Counted from the whole stretch's first letter, positions 11,669-24,625 are shown. The stretch: 58,156 nt of DNA, filler included, from Sphacelaria rigidula (GCA_964200075.2; 7 parts of 7 records of this genome joined end to end with filler, not necessarily neighbours in it); one strand, 5' to 3'. Notes: generated by a model not told the origin, from the letters alone. Numbers and translations are program-made.

Positions 11669-13353
11669 TCTGTATTGTTCATATGTTGGTATCGAGATAC
11701 GTGGCACGCGACGCGAAGCTTCATAGCCCACAGCGTAGTTCTCAACCAGCTACCGGGTAGTTCAGTTTGTGCTTGATTGTGTTGCAATCGGCCGTGAAAC
11801 GAAGCATCGCTGTTTGTTTTCGGGCAGGTACTTCAGTCACACTGTCGGGTTGGTGAAAAAAATGAAGCAACAAACTTCCAGTCCTGTTGCGGGTCCAATA
11901 TCGCAACAAAGCCACTGAGAAGCATAGGCTCATGCTACAGTGGACTGTGGCTACCCCTGAAGGTATCAGACGTCTAGGGCGAGGGTTTGGAGATGGCGGA
12001 GCATGCATTGAAATGTTGAGCACACGTCGTTTCCACAGGTTGCGCATTACGACCATATGACAGGATACTGAATTTTTTTCACATTGGCGATGGCATCGTT
12101 TGCACTGCGTTTTGGAGCTGGAAAGGTGAAGAGTTTCCATTTTGAGCCTCGTCATCACGCGCGAGGAAGTGTACAAAGTTTGACAAGGCCATTTTGGAGC
12201 AGAAATGGCGCGAACCTATCGCGGCGTTGTTTTTTTTCCTCATCTTGCCGAATTTTTTCTCGACGTCCAAATATTTTGACAAGACGGTCCCTCGCTCGAA
12301 TCATATACGCACAGAAGTACCATCAACGCCGTTGGCGATATGTACAGGCTAGGCCGCCCAAGAAGCCTACCTTCCTGCAGCCCGTTCTAACGGGCGATGT
12401 ATCGCGAGTTTTGCCCACGATGACACATCGTGGTGATCTGCAAATCAACGCGCGTCTTTCACTTCACGCAGCACTGCAATCCGACAAGTTCTCATCAATC
12501 GAAATATCAAACTGTAGTCAGCTACGAAGTCTAGAGAGTTGAGGGTGGCATGTGCGGCGGAAATGGGGGAAAAAAACAGCTGAAATCGAGTTTTCGGCTA
12601 CAGTCGGTTGTGCCGCGGCCGCAAAGTGGTGGTGTTGCACAAGTTGTGGTTGTACAACAGTGCATGTCGTCCTGTAGGCGCGCAGTGCCTGAGATGGCAC
12701 GCAGGCGATGTTTCTGGTAGTGGTAGTAGTGTGCGAACCGGTAAGCAGTGGGTCAAGAAAGCTTGTAGAGAACGTCAAAGTTCCAGCTGAGGTTGTTGTA
12801 GTCTAGAATCAAGTCAACCAGTTTTCGACGTGAAAACGCGGTTGCGCTGCTCAATTTCGAGTCGTTTACCACGAAATTTTGACACAAGGTACATGAGGCA
12901 TGTGCAAAGCCCTCATTGTTATCCCTCCCTCTTTTCGTCCTGACGAGACTCGAGTCTGGACGATCAACTCGGGAGAATGGCAAGCGAGCTGACCCGATTC
13001 ATGTGACTAGTGCGAAAATCTGCCGCAACTGAACTCACGAGTCCCAGTCCCGCGACGAGGCCTCCCGCCTCAGTCGACCTATGCATGCTGGATATCTCGG
13101 GGTGGCAAACTGTCGGCAAGAAATCATTGCATAACATGTCTTCACTGGATTCATCTGCCCCAAGTCAATTTGTGTCTACGGTAGTCCCGGCTCTAACCTC
13201 GAACGCTCAGATCCAAACTGTGCGTTGGTGGAGCGTACGGCCCACCTTACAGCAAGGCAGAACGATTCGGGCGATGTTGACGTCATGGCAGTGTTGCGCG
13301 TGTGTGACTCCAAAATCGCTTGTCGCTCGTTGATTTTCGTTTCGAGCATGCAG

Positions 13354-13443
13354 GGTGATGGAGCTCTTGGGGGCCTCGAGCGCCGCTGACATCGTCTCGG
13401 AGGAGTTCGGAGACGGGAACCTCAACTTGGTATTCAAATGCAG
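13354..13443 (+). CDS. mtnK: Exon: 5-methylthioribose kinase, GDGNLN loop
   Basis: cag|G...AG|gtgag, phase 2/2. Reads VMELLGASSAADIVSEEFGDGNLNLVFKC. Confidence 0.92.
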
Positions 13444-14494
13444 GTGAGAGTCATGATGTGTACCGTTCAGGTCTTGGAAGGAGAAGAAAAGTGAATCACG
13501 GGTCAGTGGCATCCCTAAATCTTCAATTTTCTGTCACAACTGTAGTAGCCACGCCGCTAATGGTTGGAAATAGAGATCTAGTCAAAATCCTTCCGCAGAT
13601 GTGATATTTATGGTGGCACGAGAGCTCATGGAGAAAATCAAGGTTGGGTTTATGTGTCGCCCTCGGTGGTGTACCCTATGTGGCACCTACAGTATCGTAC
13701 CCATTTCCCGTGCGGGTTGTTCGCCTCTTCCTTTTCTCAGCTCCAGGCGGCAGGTATCCTGTATCCTGTGTAATTGGACGACGTGGCCGTGTGCTTTTTT
13801 TGTCAGATTCAGGTACCACAAGGGCTTATCGTTGCCCCATGGAACCTTTTTCCTTTTTGTAAGGCCGTGTATTATCGAGACCAAAACAAGGAGCGGAAGA
13901 AGGGACAAGCGCCCAAAAGCCGCATACCCGCCCGGCCATCAGTCGACATGCTGCTTGCTTTTGGACTCTTGTTCCTTCTCCCGCTACGTTTTCGGTCTCG
14001 ATAAGACAGACACGGGGTATCCTTTGTTTCAGAAACGTGAAGAACCCGGGGTTTTTAGTACTTCCAGGGATCGAAAAGTGTATCCTGTTTTTTCCGGAAT
14101 AGGGACAAAACCGAACTAGCTTGGCCTTGCCAGTTTTTTATTTCTTCCCTTTACTTGTCCCGCGTTACGGTACATGAGATTATTCGTTTTGTTTTTGTAC
14201 ACCTCCGTTTCACTTACTTTATGGTTTGATGCTGTCATGATTTATTTTGCTCTTTGGTTGAGTCCCTTGCAGTACTCAGTCTCGAAAGGGATGCGTGGTC
14301 AAGGTCACACGACTAAGGCAAGCCCCAAATGAGTACGCCCCCCCCCGCTCCCCTTCCTCCCATCGCCACGGTCGACCGTACGTGGGATATTCGCGTATGC
14401 ATACACAGTACGATTGACAGTTGAATTTTTTCTCTCATTCCCATACGTTTACTAAGTGTTTTGTGTTTTTTGTGCCATTTCCGACATTTTCCAG

Positions 14495-14564
14495 TGGTGT
14501 GGGAGATGGAGCCGGCACAGTGATCGTGAAGCAGGCTTTGCCGTACGTCCGGTGCATCGGAGAG
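14495..14564 (+). CDS. mtnK: Exon: 5-methylthioribose kinase, KQALPY motif; rest of the gene not found in this contig
   Basis: Polypyrimidine tract then cag|T...GAG|gtgtgt, phase 2/0. Reads GVGDGAGTVIVKQALPYVRCIGE. Confidence 0.92.
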
Positions 14565-15291
14565 GTGTGTGATGCAGCACAGTACAGTTACTGGGCGGCC
14601 TTACTTACAGAGCATATTGCCGCGCCCCGATCATGAAACTGGTGCGTCATTGACCCCTCTGAGCCGATAGGTGGTTCGCTTCGAATCCTGACATGAGCCG
14701 CCGCGTCCCGGTGATCTCAATAAAATGGTAGAAGTGACACATCACACCGCTAGGGCGGAAAAAACGCGGTTTCGGTTCCCACCACATGCCTCTAGTTTGG
14801 CATCAGTGTCAGAAGCGTCTAATTTCCTTCGTCGAGAGCATGGGGACGTGGGTAGCAAGATGCGTGTGGCAAACTTTGTAAACGGCAGTCGATGCGGGCT
14901 GGGAGTGCTGATGGTCATGATCCAATCCGCTGTACCAAACTGTAAGGCGGGGGAGAGATGGGTTCATCTATTGAGACAAGTAGACTATTACACCACTAGA
15001 CCATTAGATAGAACACGGACTCGTCCCGAGCAAGTAAAGGGGTAAACGTGAGGAGAAGAATGTAATGGTGTATTTTCAAGGTTTCCGTCCGGGAAAGCGT
15101 GAGGATGGCTAAATGGAAAAAAATCGATGAAAGTGGACGGGCTGTGGGATTCCTCACAGTCATGATCCAATACTTTACGTGAACCGTAGGACAGTTTCAC
15201 GGGGGCAGAGATTTTGGTTCCTTGACGCTACGGACTCGTCTCAATGAAGGCTGGATATTCAAATGGTGAGAAGGACGAATACGTGTGTGTG

Positions 15292-15325
<34 letters not shown>

Positions 15326-16547
15326 CTTTCCCCCCCCCCAGCTCTTCTAAGTACGCCCCCAGCTCTTCTCTGTTCCTTCCCTGTCTTTTTTCTGCTCGGT
15401 TTTGTCCTTCCGTTCGTTTTTTTGTTTTTCGGCTTACTCCGCTTGTCTTTTCTCTTTTTTTTCCACCTTCTTTCTATTGCTTTGGCGAGCGTTTCCGTTT
15501 TGTTGAGCTCGGGTAGTCTGGGTCCATCTGTGATTCGTTCACGTGCGATCATCAATCAATGACCCAGTCAATGAACCACTTGATGAAAATCTATTTATTA
15601 GGGCTGTGAACTGGCTGCTCTGGCTAGTCGAGCTTCAACTGGCCGCGCCAGCGGCCAGTACATCGATGTTTTCCCAGTTAACCGGCTCCGCCGATCAACT
15701 GGAAAAACATCGGCGGCGAGTGGCGAAGCCACGAGCCGCAAACGGCCCCCCCCGGCTGGTGAGGGGATCCCGTGGGGCTGCCGCCGGAGGCGAGATAAAT
15801 TGCGCTGTTAGCCTTTTGTTTCCTTAAAAAATGTAAAAAAAAAAATGTACAAAATGTGTTCCCTCACATCGAGGAGCTAAAAGTCGTAAATGACATTCAA
15901 ATCCCATTCAAAGCGGTGAGCGATTCGAAAATCATTCATCTGTAAAACACAGCGGCATAGACTCTCCTTGAGGAGAGGAGGATGCAAACAAGCCAAGGCT
16001 GGCAGCACACAAGCATAAGGTGTGCTGAGAAAAAAATGGGCATTCATATTCTTGGGGGGGGGAAGGTTCGGGCGTTCTCGGAAAAAAATCGTCGTCACCA
16101 TACTAAAACGCCCTAAACCAGGGGGAAAAACAGAAGACAACAACCTGGCCCACTTTCTTGGTTCATTATGCCCTAGCGAGGTCCCACACAAAATTCCAAT
16201 ACACAAACACTAAACGTGGTCCGGTAAGTGGCCAGCAAAATACTGTTCCAATTTTTTACCGCACCGGTTACTAAATTGCCCATTCATCGGCCAATATTTA
16301 GAGGTAGGCCAGATGTTATGGTACACAGAGTTTTGGCGCACGGATCGTTCACTTTTGAGACGTTTGAACCCGTTTTTGACCTCCGACCAGGGAAAATTGC
16401 CAACACACGTGTTGTGGACACTTTGCATCACCCCACAGAGAGGAGCCTAGTCTGCTTTTCAGATTCCCTTGGCTCCGAGATTTCGAGGTTGGCCGCTGAA
16501 CAAAACTTCGTGTGCAAAAATCTGTGCTTGCCGACCCCCGTCAGTAT

Positions 16548-16647
16548 NNNNNNNNNNNNNNNNNNNNNNNNNNNNNNNNNNNNNNNNNNNNTTAATTAAT
16601 TAANNNNNNNNNNNNNNNNNNNNNNNNNNNNNNNNNNNNNNNNNNNN
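16548..16647. other. Artificial contig linker
   Basis: N44-TTAATTAATTAA-N44. Confidence 0.99.
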
Positions 16648-17292
16648 AAATTTGTGCAACATTAACAGGAGCACGTCGACACCCCCCCTTTTCCCCCCCC
16701 CCCCCCCCCCCGTTTGTTTTTTCCTTTTTTCGTGAGTTATTGGTAATCTTGTTACTGAAAACTGTTCTGAAATGCTCCGTCGCCAATTAACTCACGAAGA
16801 AAAGAAAAAAAAAAACACACGGGAGGAACGATGGGGTGTTCGCACATACGCCCTGTGCATCATGTCAAAATTTAATCAAAATCCACTAAAAATTGATCTC
16901 GGGAAATGTGCTACAGCTTGTGCGGCACCACGCGGCACAACCGACTGTAACCGAAAATCCAATCTCAGCAGTTTTCTCTTGGCTAATTCCGCCGCACATA
17001 GTACCCTCAACTCTTTACACTTTCGCACTTGACTACAGCTTGGCATTTCGTTTGACGAGACCTTGTCGGATCGAAGTGCTACACGGATTTGAAGCGCGCT
17101 GATTTACCGATGACCACGATGCGTCATAGTAGGCACAACTCGCGATACATCGTCAGTTAGAACGGGCTGAAAGAAAGTGAGCTTCTTCGGAGGACCAGCC
17201 TGTATACTCTTTCAGCGGGGCACTACAGTAAAAGTACCATGCTGTTCATGAATCACACATACATGCGCAGTAGCTTCCGCGTCTCTTCTTAC

Positions 17293-17685
17293 CAGATTCT
17301 CCAGCGACTCTTGTATGCGCCTCTCCACGTCAACAGCCGCATCTAGCAACTCCTGATCCTCCTCTTCTACTTGTTTAGGATCGACGACCTTTCTCTCCTC
17401 GCCCGCATCGCTAACCGCCTTTCCCGCCGCCGCGACCTCGCCCTCCCCGCCGCATCCTCCGCACGAACCACCAACCCCTTCGTTGCCAGCAGCTTCTGGC
17501 CTCATGGACAATCCGCCAGGATCCAGGGTCGCGTCGCCCAGCCTTAACGGTACGGTGGAATCCGAAGTAATTGATGCAGTGAGAGGGGCGTCTTCCGTGT
17601 CTGAGTGCTCCGGCTCGTCCTTCGACAGCCTGGCAAGGACTCTCGCTAGAGGGGGGGGGTCCTCCACGGCGGCGCGAAGTAACTT
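17293..17685 (-). CDS. Exon of ADD-domain (ATRX-like) protein: acidic linker and helix
   Basis: cag|AAG...CTG|gtaag, 393 nt open, phase 0/0. Reads KLLRAAVEDP...EEEDQELLDAAVDVERRIQESLENL. Confidence 0.75.
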
Positions 17686-17949
17686 CTGAAGTGTGCGTAC
17701 CGGCCGCGGGCACAGTCAGCGGTGGACACGTTTATCGCACGTGTTGCATGATACAAGGCAGACAAGCAGGCAAGCAGGCGGGAAGGCGGGAAGACGGCGG
17801 TGGCAGCGGAGGAAGGGGGGAGTCGTGCTGTCAGGACAGTCTTTTTCACTAAATTCTGGAAAAATACTTCAATGCGCCACGTTTCGGCATCCCTACAAAC
17901 AGACACGTCATCTTCTCGCACAAAGTTTACGGGAAGCTGCTTACGGGAC

Positions 17950-18497
17950 GGGGGGGCGTACTCATTTGTTGCTTGCCGTAGTCGTTTGACCATTGACCAC
18001 ACATCCCTTCCGAGACGGAGCAAAGACGTGGGGGAGGGGGGGGGCGTTCACCAACCCATTCCTCACGAAACTGTGTGTGTGTGTGTGTGTGTGTTTTGCG
18101 CTAACAATGATGGTGGTCGAGCTAGGTCATATCGTACGGGGTGGGAGGACTTCCATTCCGCGCAAAGGCGATGATCACGCTACGTAGTGTTTACATGGTG
18201 AAACACCCATGAAGCAGTGTGGAACCTTTGGCTGTCTCTGGAAGTGGCGATACCAGAAAATGAAGCAACTCATTGCAGGCTGTCATCCGAATGCAACACA
18301 TTCAGTACCCTTCGGACCGAACAATCTTAGCAGGATGCAGGTCACCACTCATGTGGCTCGCTGAACACATCACGGTGCTTCGCGCTTGATCGCGAGCCTG
18401 GTCTGGCGGAAACCCGGCGTGCTGCACTCCAGCTTTGTAGGGATGTGAGGTCAATAGCCGTATGACTACGGCATGCAAAATTATAAGTACCCCCCCC
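17950..18497. mobile_element. Non-autonomous element with ~70-bp imperfect G-tract TIRs (high-copy family)
   Basis: Left gggggggcgtactcatttgttgcttgccgtagtcgtttgaccattgaccacacatccc; right gggatgtgaggtcaatagccgtatgactacggcatgcaaaattataagtaccccccc. The body matches 42176-42670 and 57960-58156. Confidence 0.75.
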
Positions 18498-19731
18498 ACC
18501 CCCAAAAGACTGTGATTTGAATCCCGATTCGTTCCTTTACTCTGGTACTGTACCTAATAACCCTTATCCTACGGGGATCGGGGGAGGGGGGAAGGGGGAG
18601 GGCCTTGTTACTCTTTCGGTGGTGAAATTGAGATCGGGTAGCAAGAACTACTTTTCTTAATGTTGTTGTTGTCTTCACATTAAAAACAGTTCCGATATCT
18701 GCGCGGTACATTCGTACTGGGCATCTGATGTGCAGCGGCGGTTCAGACGCTTTACATACTACAGTCATCTCTCATCAAAAACAGATTTCGCGCCAAAAGA
18801 CAAGGAGAGGGGGAACTTGTGAGGAAATGTGCTGCAATTCGTGAAACCGATCGATCAGGGCGAGCAGGGGTCTGTGCGATTGATTCATCACGAAGGTTTG
18901 GCAGTTGACAAGATTCGTTGATTCACCACCTTGTACATGCATTCTCTCCATCAACATCGCGATATACGCCGGGGGGGGAACCACATACTGCATTGCATAC
19001 AGGCATTTTTTTCAGCGCAATACGCACACCCATATAGACATATATGGGTGTACATATATGCTATGAGTGCAGTACTACCGACGCACTTGCCGACGGTACG
19101 GTGATGCATATCAGATGCATATCAATTTCGGCACAAAAATACGGAACAGTATTTTAGATTAGTAAAACAAATGTTACCACAGCGGCCGGCCTGCCGACGC
19201 CCGCAGAGCGAGAGTCACCCTTCAAACTGTAAAACGGAACCTTTCGTTGCACTTCAGGAGACGGAGTAAAACTGTGGTGAGCAACCACTTCTTCCATCTG
19301 TCCACCGTGCGACTAAAACTTAGTCAATGGTGAAAGATCACTCATTTTATTTCGGCCATGCGCAAAAATACAAAATAAATAGAAGAAAAAAAACGGAGTA
19401 CATAATCGTGTTCGTCTTGGTGTTTGTGTTTGTTTTGTTGAGAATAAGCTTGTGCCAGAAATTAATCAAGTCAAAACATCGAATAATATCATCATTTACT
19501 CCCAAGTACCCCCCCCCCCCCCTACGTTTCTCCCGGTCAAACACACCCGTCGAGAAACCTTCGCACTCCTGTGTGGTTTCGTTTGACATTATATTCATCA
19601 ATATTCGATCATGCTGTATTGTAGATACATTCATTATTACATCTACATCCATCAATGGAATCTAACTGTCGAATTAGTTTGCCCCCCAACCCATCGCCGT
19701 CTCATCTCATCCCAGCGAAGCCTCTCCTTGC

Positions 19732-19849
19732 CTGCAGGGGGATCAGCGGCGTGTCGTCGCATCTGAGGCATATCCACTCATCATTGCACGCTCTCATCGC
19801 CGCCGACGTACCCTCGCCGAGCTTGTCCATGCACGTTGCGCAGAAAGCT
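19732..19849 (-). CDS. Exon: second half of the PHD-like finger of an ADD domain (ATRX-like), with GC donor
   Basis: cag|A GCT TTC... reads AFCATCMDKLGEGTSAAMRACNDEWICLRCDDTPLIPLQ (FCxxC...WxCxxC...PL). It ends CAG|gcaagg, in phase with the next exon. Confidence 0.8.
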
Positions 19850-20031
19850 CTGGAATATGACACACATTCAATAAAAAAAACGAGCGAACATGCGCAAGAG
19901 CAGCGTGTTTTTCAGGTGAAGCTCTGGAGCCAATGATGCACATATATGAAGGGGTTTGTCAAGTGTACTGTTTCAAGAGTAGGTCTAGTTGTCCCGCTTG
20001 CACGGGAGCGTTCACACGTAATCTTAGTTAG

Positions 20032-20241
20032 ACATTTATCATTTTTGGTGGTGTGGTTGGTACTGGTATGTCTAGGCTTATCCGTACTGCGTTGATGGCG
20101 CCGGGTAACGCTTTTTCGGAAAATACTTACCTACATGACGTTATAATACTCCCTCCGTATGGTGCAGCTACTGCCTTTTTGATGATTGTCTTTGTAGTGT
20201 TGCTCGGTTTCATTGGCGGGTTTAGGAATTGGTTTGTTCCC
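20032..20241 (+). pseudogene. cox1: Decayed mitochondrial cox1 fragment (NUMT)
   Basis: Reads IIFGGVVGTGMSRLIRTALMAPGN...AFLMIVFVVLLGFIGGFRNWFVP, which parallels Cox1 LIFG..GT.MS.LIR..L..PGN...HAFLMIFFMVMP.LIGGFGNWFVP. T-rich codons; the conserved His is lost. Confidence 0.75.
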
Positions 20242-20599
20242 CCTCTGTTTCGTTGATATATCTCATTGATCGTATTCGATGATATCTTCTTGTTTTTGTT
20301 CAGAAGCGCAGAAGAGTACCTTTTTTTCACAGCAAGCGGTGTAGTTGGCGTTGCGTAGTATATCAGCCGCACGACAAACCAGAGCAGACTGTTTCCGCAA
20401 CGTTCCCAGCTGGCTGGTCGGCGGGGACACGGGCGGAAATACGTGACAATCATCGGCCGTCACTGCGTGCTTAGAGCCGTGGAACATGTGATCAACGTGA
20501 TGAACGGTGCTGACTGCACCACGACAAACCTGAACCTGAGGTCGAGTCTCGGCAGAGCAGTTTCGATGTTTAGTTTTCGTAGCCGAATGACAAAAACAA

Positions 20600-20960
20600 A
20601 GACGACTACCAGTGTAAAAAACTGTGTTCTAATACCGCAACGCTAACCGCGAGACACAATCCCGATGCAGGACTCAAACTCGACCCCCGCTGTGGAGAAA
20701 ACGTGTCTGACCTGAGCACCACGAGCAGCGGAAAAAGACGACCAGTTCGAGTCTCGGCGGAGCGTTTTCGATTTTTTAGTTCTTGTCGCGTCAAAAAAAA
20801 CGAAAACGACTCCCGGTGTAGAAAAATTGTGCTCTAGTACCGCATCACGAACGAAAAACAAAATGCCCGAGCCAGGAATCGCAGTCGACTCGAAGTCGAC
20901 TCCCGGTATGAAGGATACGTGTTCTACTTGGGCACGACGAGCGGAAAAAAACAGCCCAGG
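20600..20960. repeat. Degenerate direct repeats (four related units)
   Basis: gactcccggtgtagaaaaa..tgtgttcta-like units recur at ~20604, 20682, 20808 and 20898. Confidence 0.55.
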
Positions 20961-23598
20961 CGAGGGCTCGATTACTGGATGACTGGTCAAATAGCAGCTG
21001 TCATCCGTTCGACTAGGTCATGCTCACTGCTCGGTAAAAGGGATAGTTTTTGCCTTATACACATGTGAAACTCCGAGCTCGGGCGGGTGCCGGAAGGTGG
21101 TGCCATAATTTCAATATATGAATACGAGTAGTAGTTTATGAAGATACCGGGAAGCCAGAGCTTGCCGTCATTATTCCTTGTCTGTGTGCGTGCAGCCATC
21201 ATTTCTGAACTCCTGGTATGTCGAGAGATATGCCTCCATATGTTCCGCACCAAATCACAACTGCGTAGTTGTTCTTCTGTTCGTGACGCATAATATGACC
21301 AATGGTTTACGCAATTTAATTCAATGCCATGAGTTTAAATCACGATGCAGAACTATGGGCGTGGGGCCGCTTTGGTATGCCTTTTAGAGGTTGGTAACAT
21401 CAACCACGGTATCCAGGCACCACGGTAATGCACAGTAGTTTTCACGGTAACATGCCACCCTGGTGTTCATTGGTACGGGAACCAGTCGAGATGGTGATGA
21501 TGTTTTCGTTCCTTGTGTCCCTTTCTTCACCGGTGGCAACTCATGGTCAACACTTAGTATGCCTAGACATCCGAGCAACACGAAATCGTACGTGGACCAC
21601 ATGCAGGAGGATGTGTTGTTTACAAAGCTCAAATGAAGAGCGGATCCTGAAAAATGACGTTGCACAAAAAAATGAGTCTTGACGCCACAGCAGTGCTTTC
21701 CCTACACCAAGAGTAGTTCCTGCAGATTACGGAAAGCACTCTTTTGGGTTGAGATTTTTTGTTCAACCTCCTTCGTCAGGATTACCACTTGAGCGTCATG
21801 TTGACAGAGCAGAGGGAGGAGTTCATATTGCTTCGCTGTACAGTAATCGGGCGCAGCACATTTGCGCGGTTATGTGTTCGGACGGGAATAAGAGAACATG
21901 ATATGCTCAGTAACGATCTAGATGGGAGCGGGAGAATATCATTGGCTCGGTAATGGTTTGGGTAGCAATGGTTATTTCGATTCATCACGGTAAGCACAAC
22001 ACGGAATTATAAAAATTGAAGAGAAGATCTTGATGAATGAAGCTGGACATTACAATGACGTTCAACTACAACAGAACAAGTGCTTTCCCTGACCTGGGAG
22101 TCATCAGCATTGAGTTTTATACGGGCGATCTTATGCCTCCCGACATCCTTGAAACTATTTGGGAGGGTTCCTCGTTTTCCGTTCTCCCGAAGGCTATGTG
22201 CAAAAGGATCATTTTGCTTCCACTTTGGGTTGAGAAAAAAAGGATGCTTTCAGCCCGACAACGGCGTTTCGCACGCACCCTTTGGGGAAAAGGAAGACGG
22301 GAATTCCCCGAAAATAGTTCAGGGAGAATGGGGGGCTTTAGGTCGTCCATATGGCAGACATTCATCATGAGTTTGGATCAGGGAAAGAACGGTTTTGGAG
22401 ATGAACGTCGTGTGAATGTTCATCTTCACTTCTCAGGATCATTTTTTGTGTGGCGGATGGGTTTGTTTCTGAAGATGGGCGGTGAGAACCTCCATAACAA
22501 GCATCGACATACGAGCTGGGTCAGCCTAAAAACGGATTTAAGCTCTAAAAGCAATCTCTCATCGACGGGCCGTGATCCGCATATGGTACTCATCGTCTAA
22601 TCAAGGGGAAGGTGCCCATCTGCTCCAAAATTTGGGCCCATATTTTCTCGTTGATTAAACCCCATGTCTAGTAATTTCTATACCTAAGGGAGATAGCCCC
22701 AATACTAAAATCTCTGTGAAACTCCCGATCGATGCATTTAGCGGACGGCGACAAATTTTGGTGTGGAGAACCACAAAAGAGTGCCGAATAAAAAAAATGG
22801 GCTTTCCATTTTTTTTTCATAGTTTAGAGCGTTCTCGTGAAATATGGTCTTCACCATAGTAGAACGTCCTAAACCGATGGGAAAAAATGAAGGAAAAACA
22901 AACTGGCCCACGTTGTTGTGTTGATTATGCCATCGCCACGCCCCACACAAAGTTTCAATACACAAACACCAAACCTGGGCCAGTAATTGGCCTGCAAAAT
23001 ACTGTTGCCGAATTTCTTCTGATCCTGTCACTGAACGGCCGATTATACGGCCAATACTTGGGGTTAGACCCTGAAATTTGGTATGTACAATGGGTAGGGC
23101 ACAATGAAAAGAAATTCTTGCGTAAACAAGTTTTTTTTTTCATGAGTGAAGGGCAGTAATCAGTTTTTAGTTTTCAGATTTCGGTAAATGCCCCCAACTC
23201 ATTAAAAAAAAAAAAAAATTGTGTACGCCAATAATATTTTTTATTATGCACTACTTAATGTCCATACCAAAATTCAGGGTCCAGCTCCAAGTGTTGGCCG
23301 TATAATCGGCCTGCAAACTACAGAGTCGCTTCTCGGCTGGCCCAGCTCGTATGAAGATGCACTCTCCTGCCGTGATTTGTAGAATTTTGCCCCAGAGCTG
23401 TCGCGCTTCATGTTTTCAATTAATTGACATTGAAGAACAACATGTTCGTGAATTAGGAACGGATTGTTGTTGGTAAGCGGAGGGTTTTCGTGACTTACAC
23501 CAAAGCGGTCGGGTAAGCCAAAACGGCCGTCACCCCCCTCGAAGACTGTGATCTGACAAGAAGTTTCAGGGAGCGATAAGGAGGAAAATGGGCATCAC

Positions 23599-23718
23599 GG
23601 TGAAACACCCCGAACAGAGAGGCGGGAAGGCCATGAAAGAGGGCCGTGGGTATCCATTCTCCACGAATCGCAATCCGTTGTCGCCGCCGCCGCAGCAGCA
23701 GCAGTAGTAGACTGGGGA
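23599..23718 (-). CDS. Probable exon: GATA-like zinc finger of the ADD domain (3' boundary uncertain)
   Basis: Polypyrimidine tract then cag|TCC. Reads SPVYYCCCCGGGDNGLRFVENGYPRPSFMAFPPLCSGCFT. The donor gtgatg is weak. Confidence 0.5.
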
Positions 23719-24481
23719 CTGCGGGAAGGGACTCGAAGAAGAGGAAAAGAAAAGATGAATGTATGAGGGTAAGTGATGGGGTGTGATTCCTTTGTCCTTT
23801 TGCTGAATATCCTGAGTGGTGTACACCCGGTTGCTTCGTCAACTCGTGTTTGTTACCAGTTTAATAAAAACAACATCGACCAGTTATCCGCAGGCCGTGT
23901 AGGGGGGGGATTGCCTGTATTTTGGTTGGATATTTCACATTCGAAACATTTGAAAGCGTTTGTAGCCAAAAGACAGGGGATGTCGTCGAAATAAACAAAC
24001 TGTAATGCGAAGGCTATGGTCATTGTTATGAATATCGCAGCAAGCAACATTCAAATATGACATTTTCAGATTTAGTTTTATCGGGAGGTCACTCTCGACA
24101 CCGCAGGGGTTCGCAAATCGAGGAAATGGGCTAGACTTCCCTCCGTGAGATGATGCATAATACCCGAGACACGTTGTGGTGATATTCCCTGTTTTGGAAC
24201 GAAACGCTGTATCGCATGTCCCAGAGCAGAGAGAAACACGGAGAACAAGATACGACAATCCATTCCCCGAACAGAGATGGCCTCGTGCGATGGCTTTTGT
24301 TTTGTGTGTGTGTGTGTGTGTTGAGTGTCTCATGTATCTCTCTTTTTATGCTGTGCCCGTCTGTTGTTCTTTTTCGCCGGTGTGAAAACATGTTGCTTTT
24401 CCAGCCGAGTTGCTGTTCCCTTGGGTTCATCTTTCATTTCGCGGTCCCCCCGCCTCTTGTCTCATGAGTCACATAGCTCAC

Positions 24482-24625
24482 CGCCGCCTCGACACCCACC
24501 ACCAAACACCGAAACCAATCATTTTTGTAGGATGCCGTAGTCTCCCCCTCCTCGTTGTCATTTGTCGAAAACATCGGAGCTGTTGGTCCTCCGAGCGGTA
24601 TAAACTCAACCGTGGTCGTCTCCAT
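24482..24625 (-). CDS. Probable upstream exon of the same gene (start uncertain)
   Basis: METTTVEFIPLGG...WFRCLVVGVEAA|gtgagc; the phase 0 donor matches the next acceptor. Confidence 0.5.

Noticed and set aside
8325..16487. Giant transposon carrying MtnAK between the inverted repeats at both ends of contig 2
   Set aside because: The gene extends beyond both repeats, which are diverged intronic copies of a dispersed family also seen on contig 3.
22037..22600. 187-aa plus-strand ORF
   Set aside because: It has no identifiable domain and lies antisense within a probable intron.
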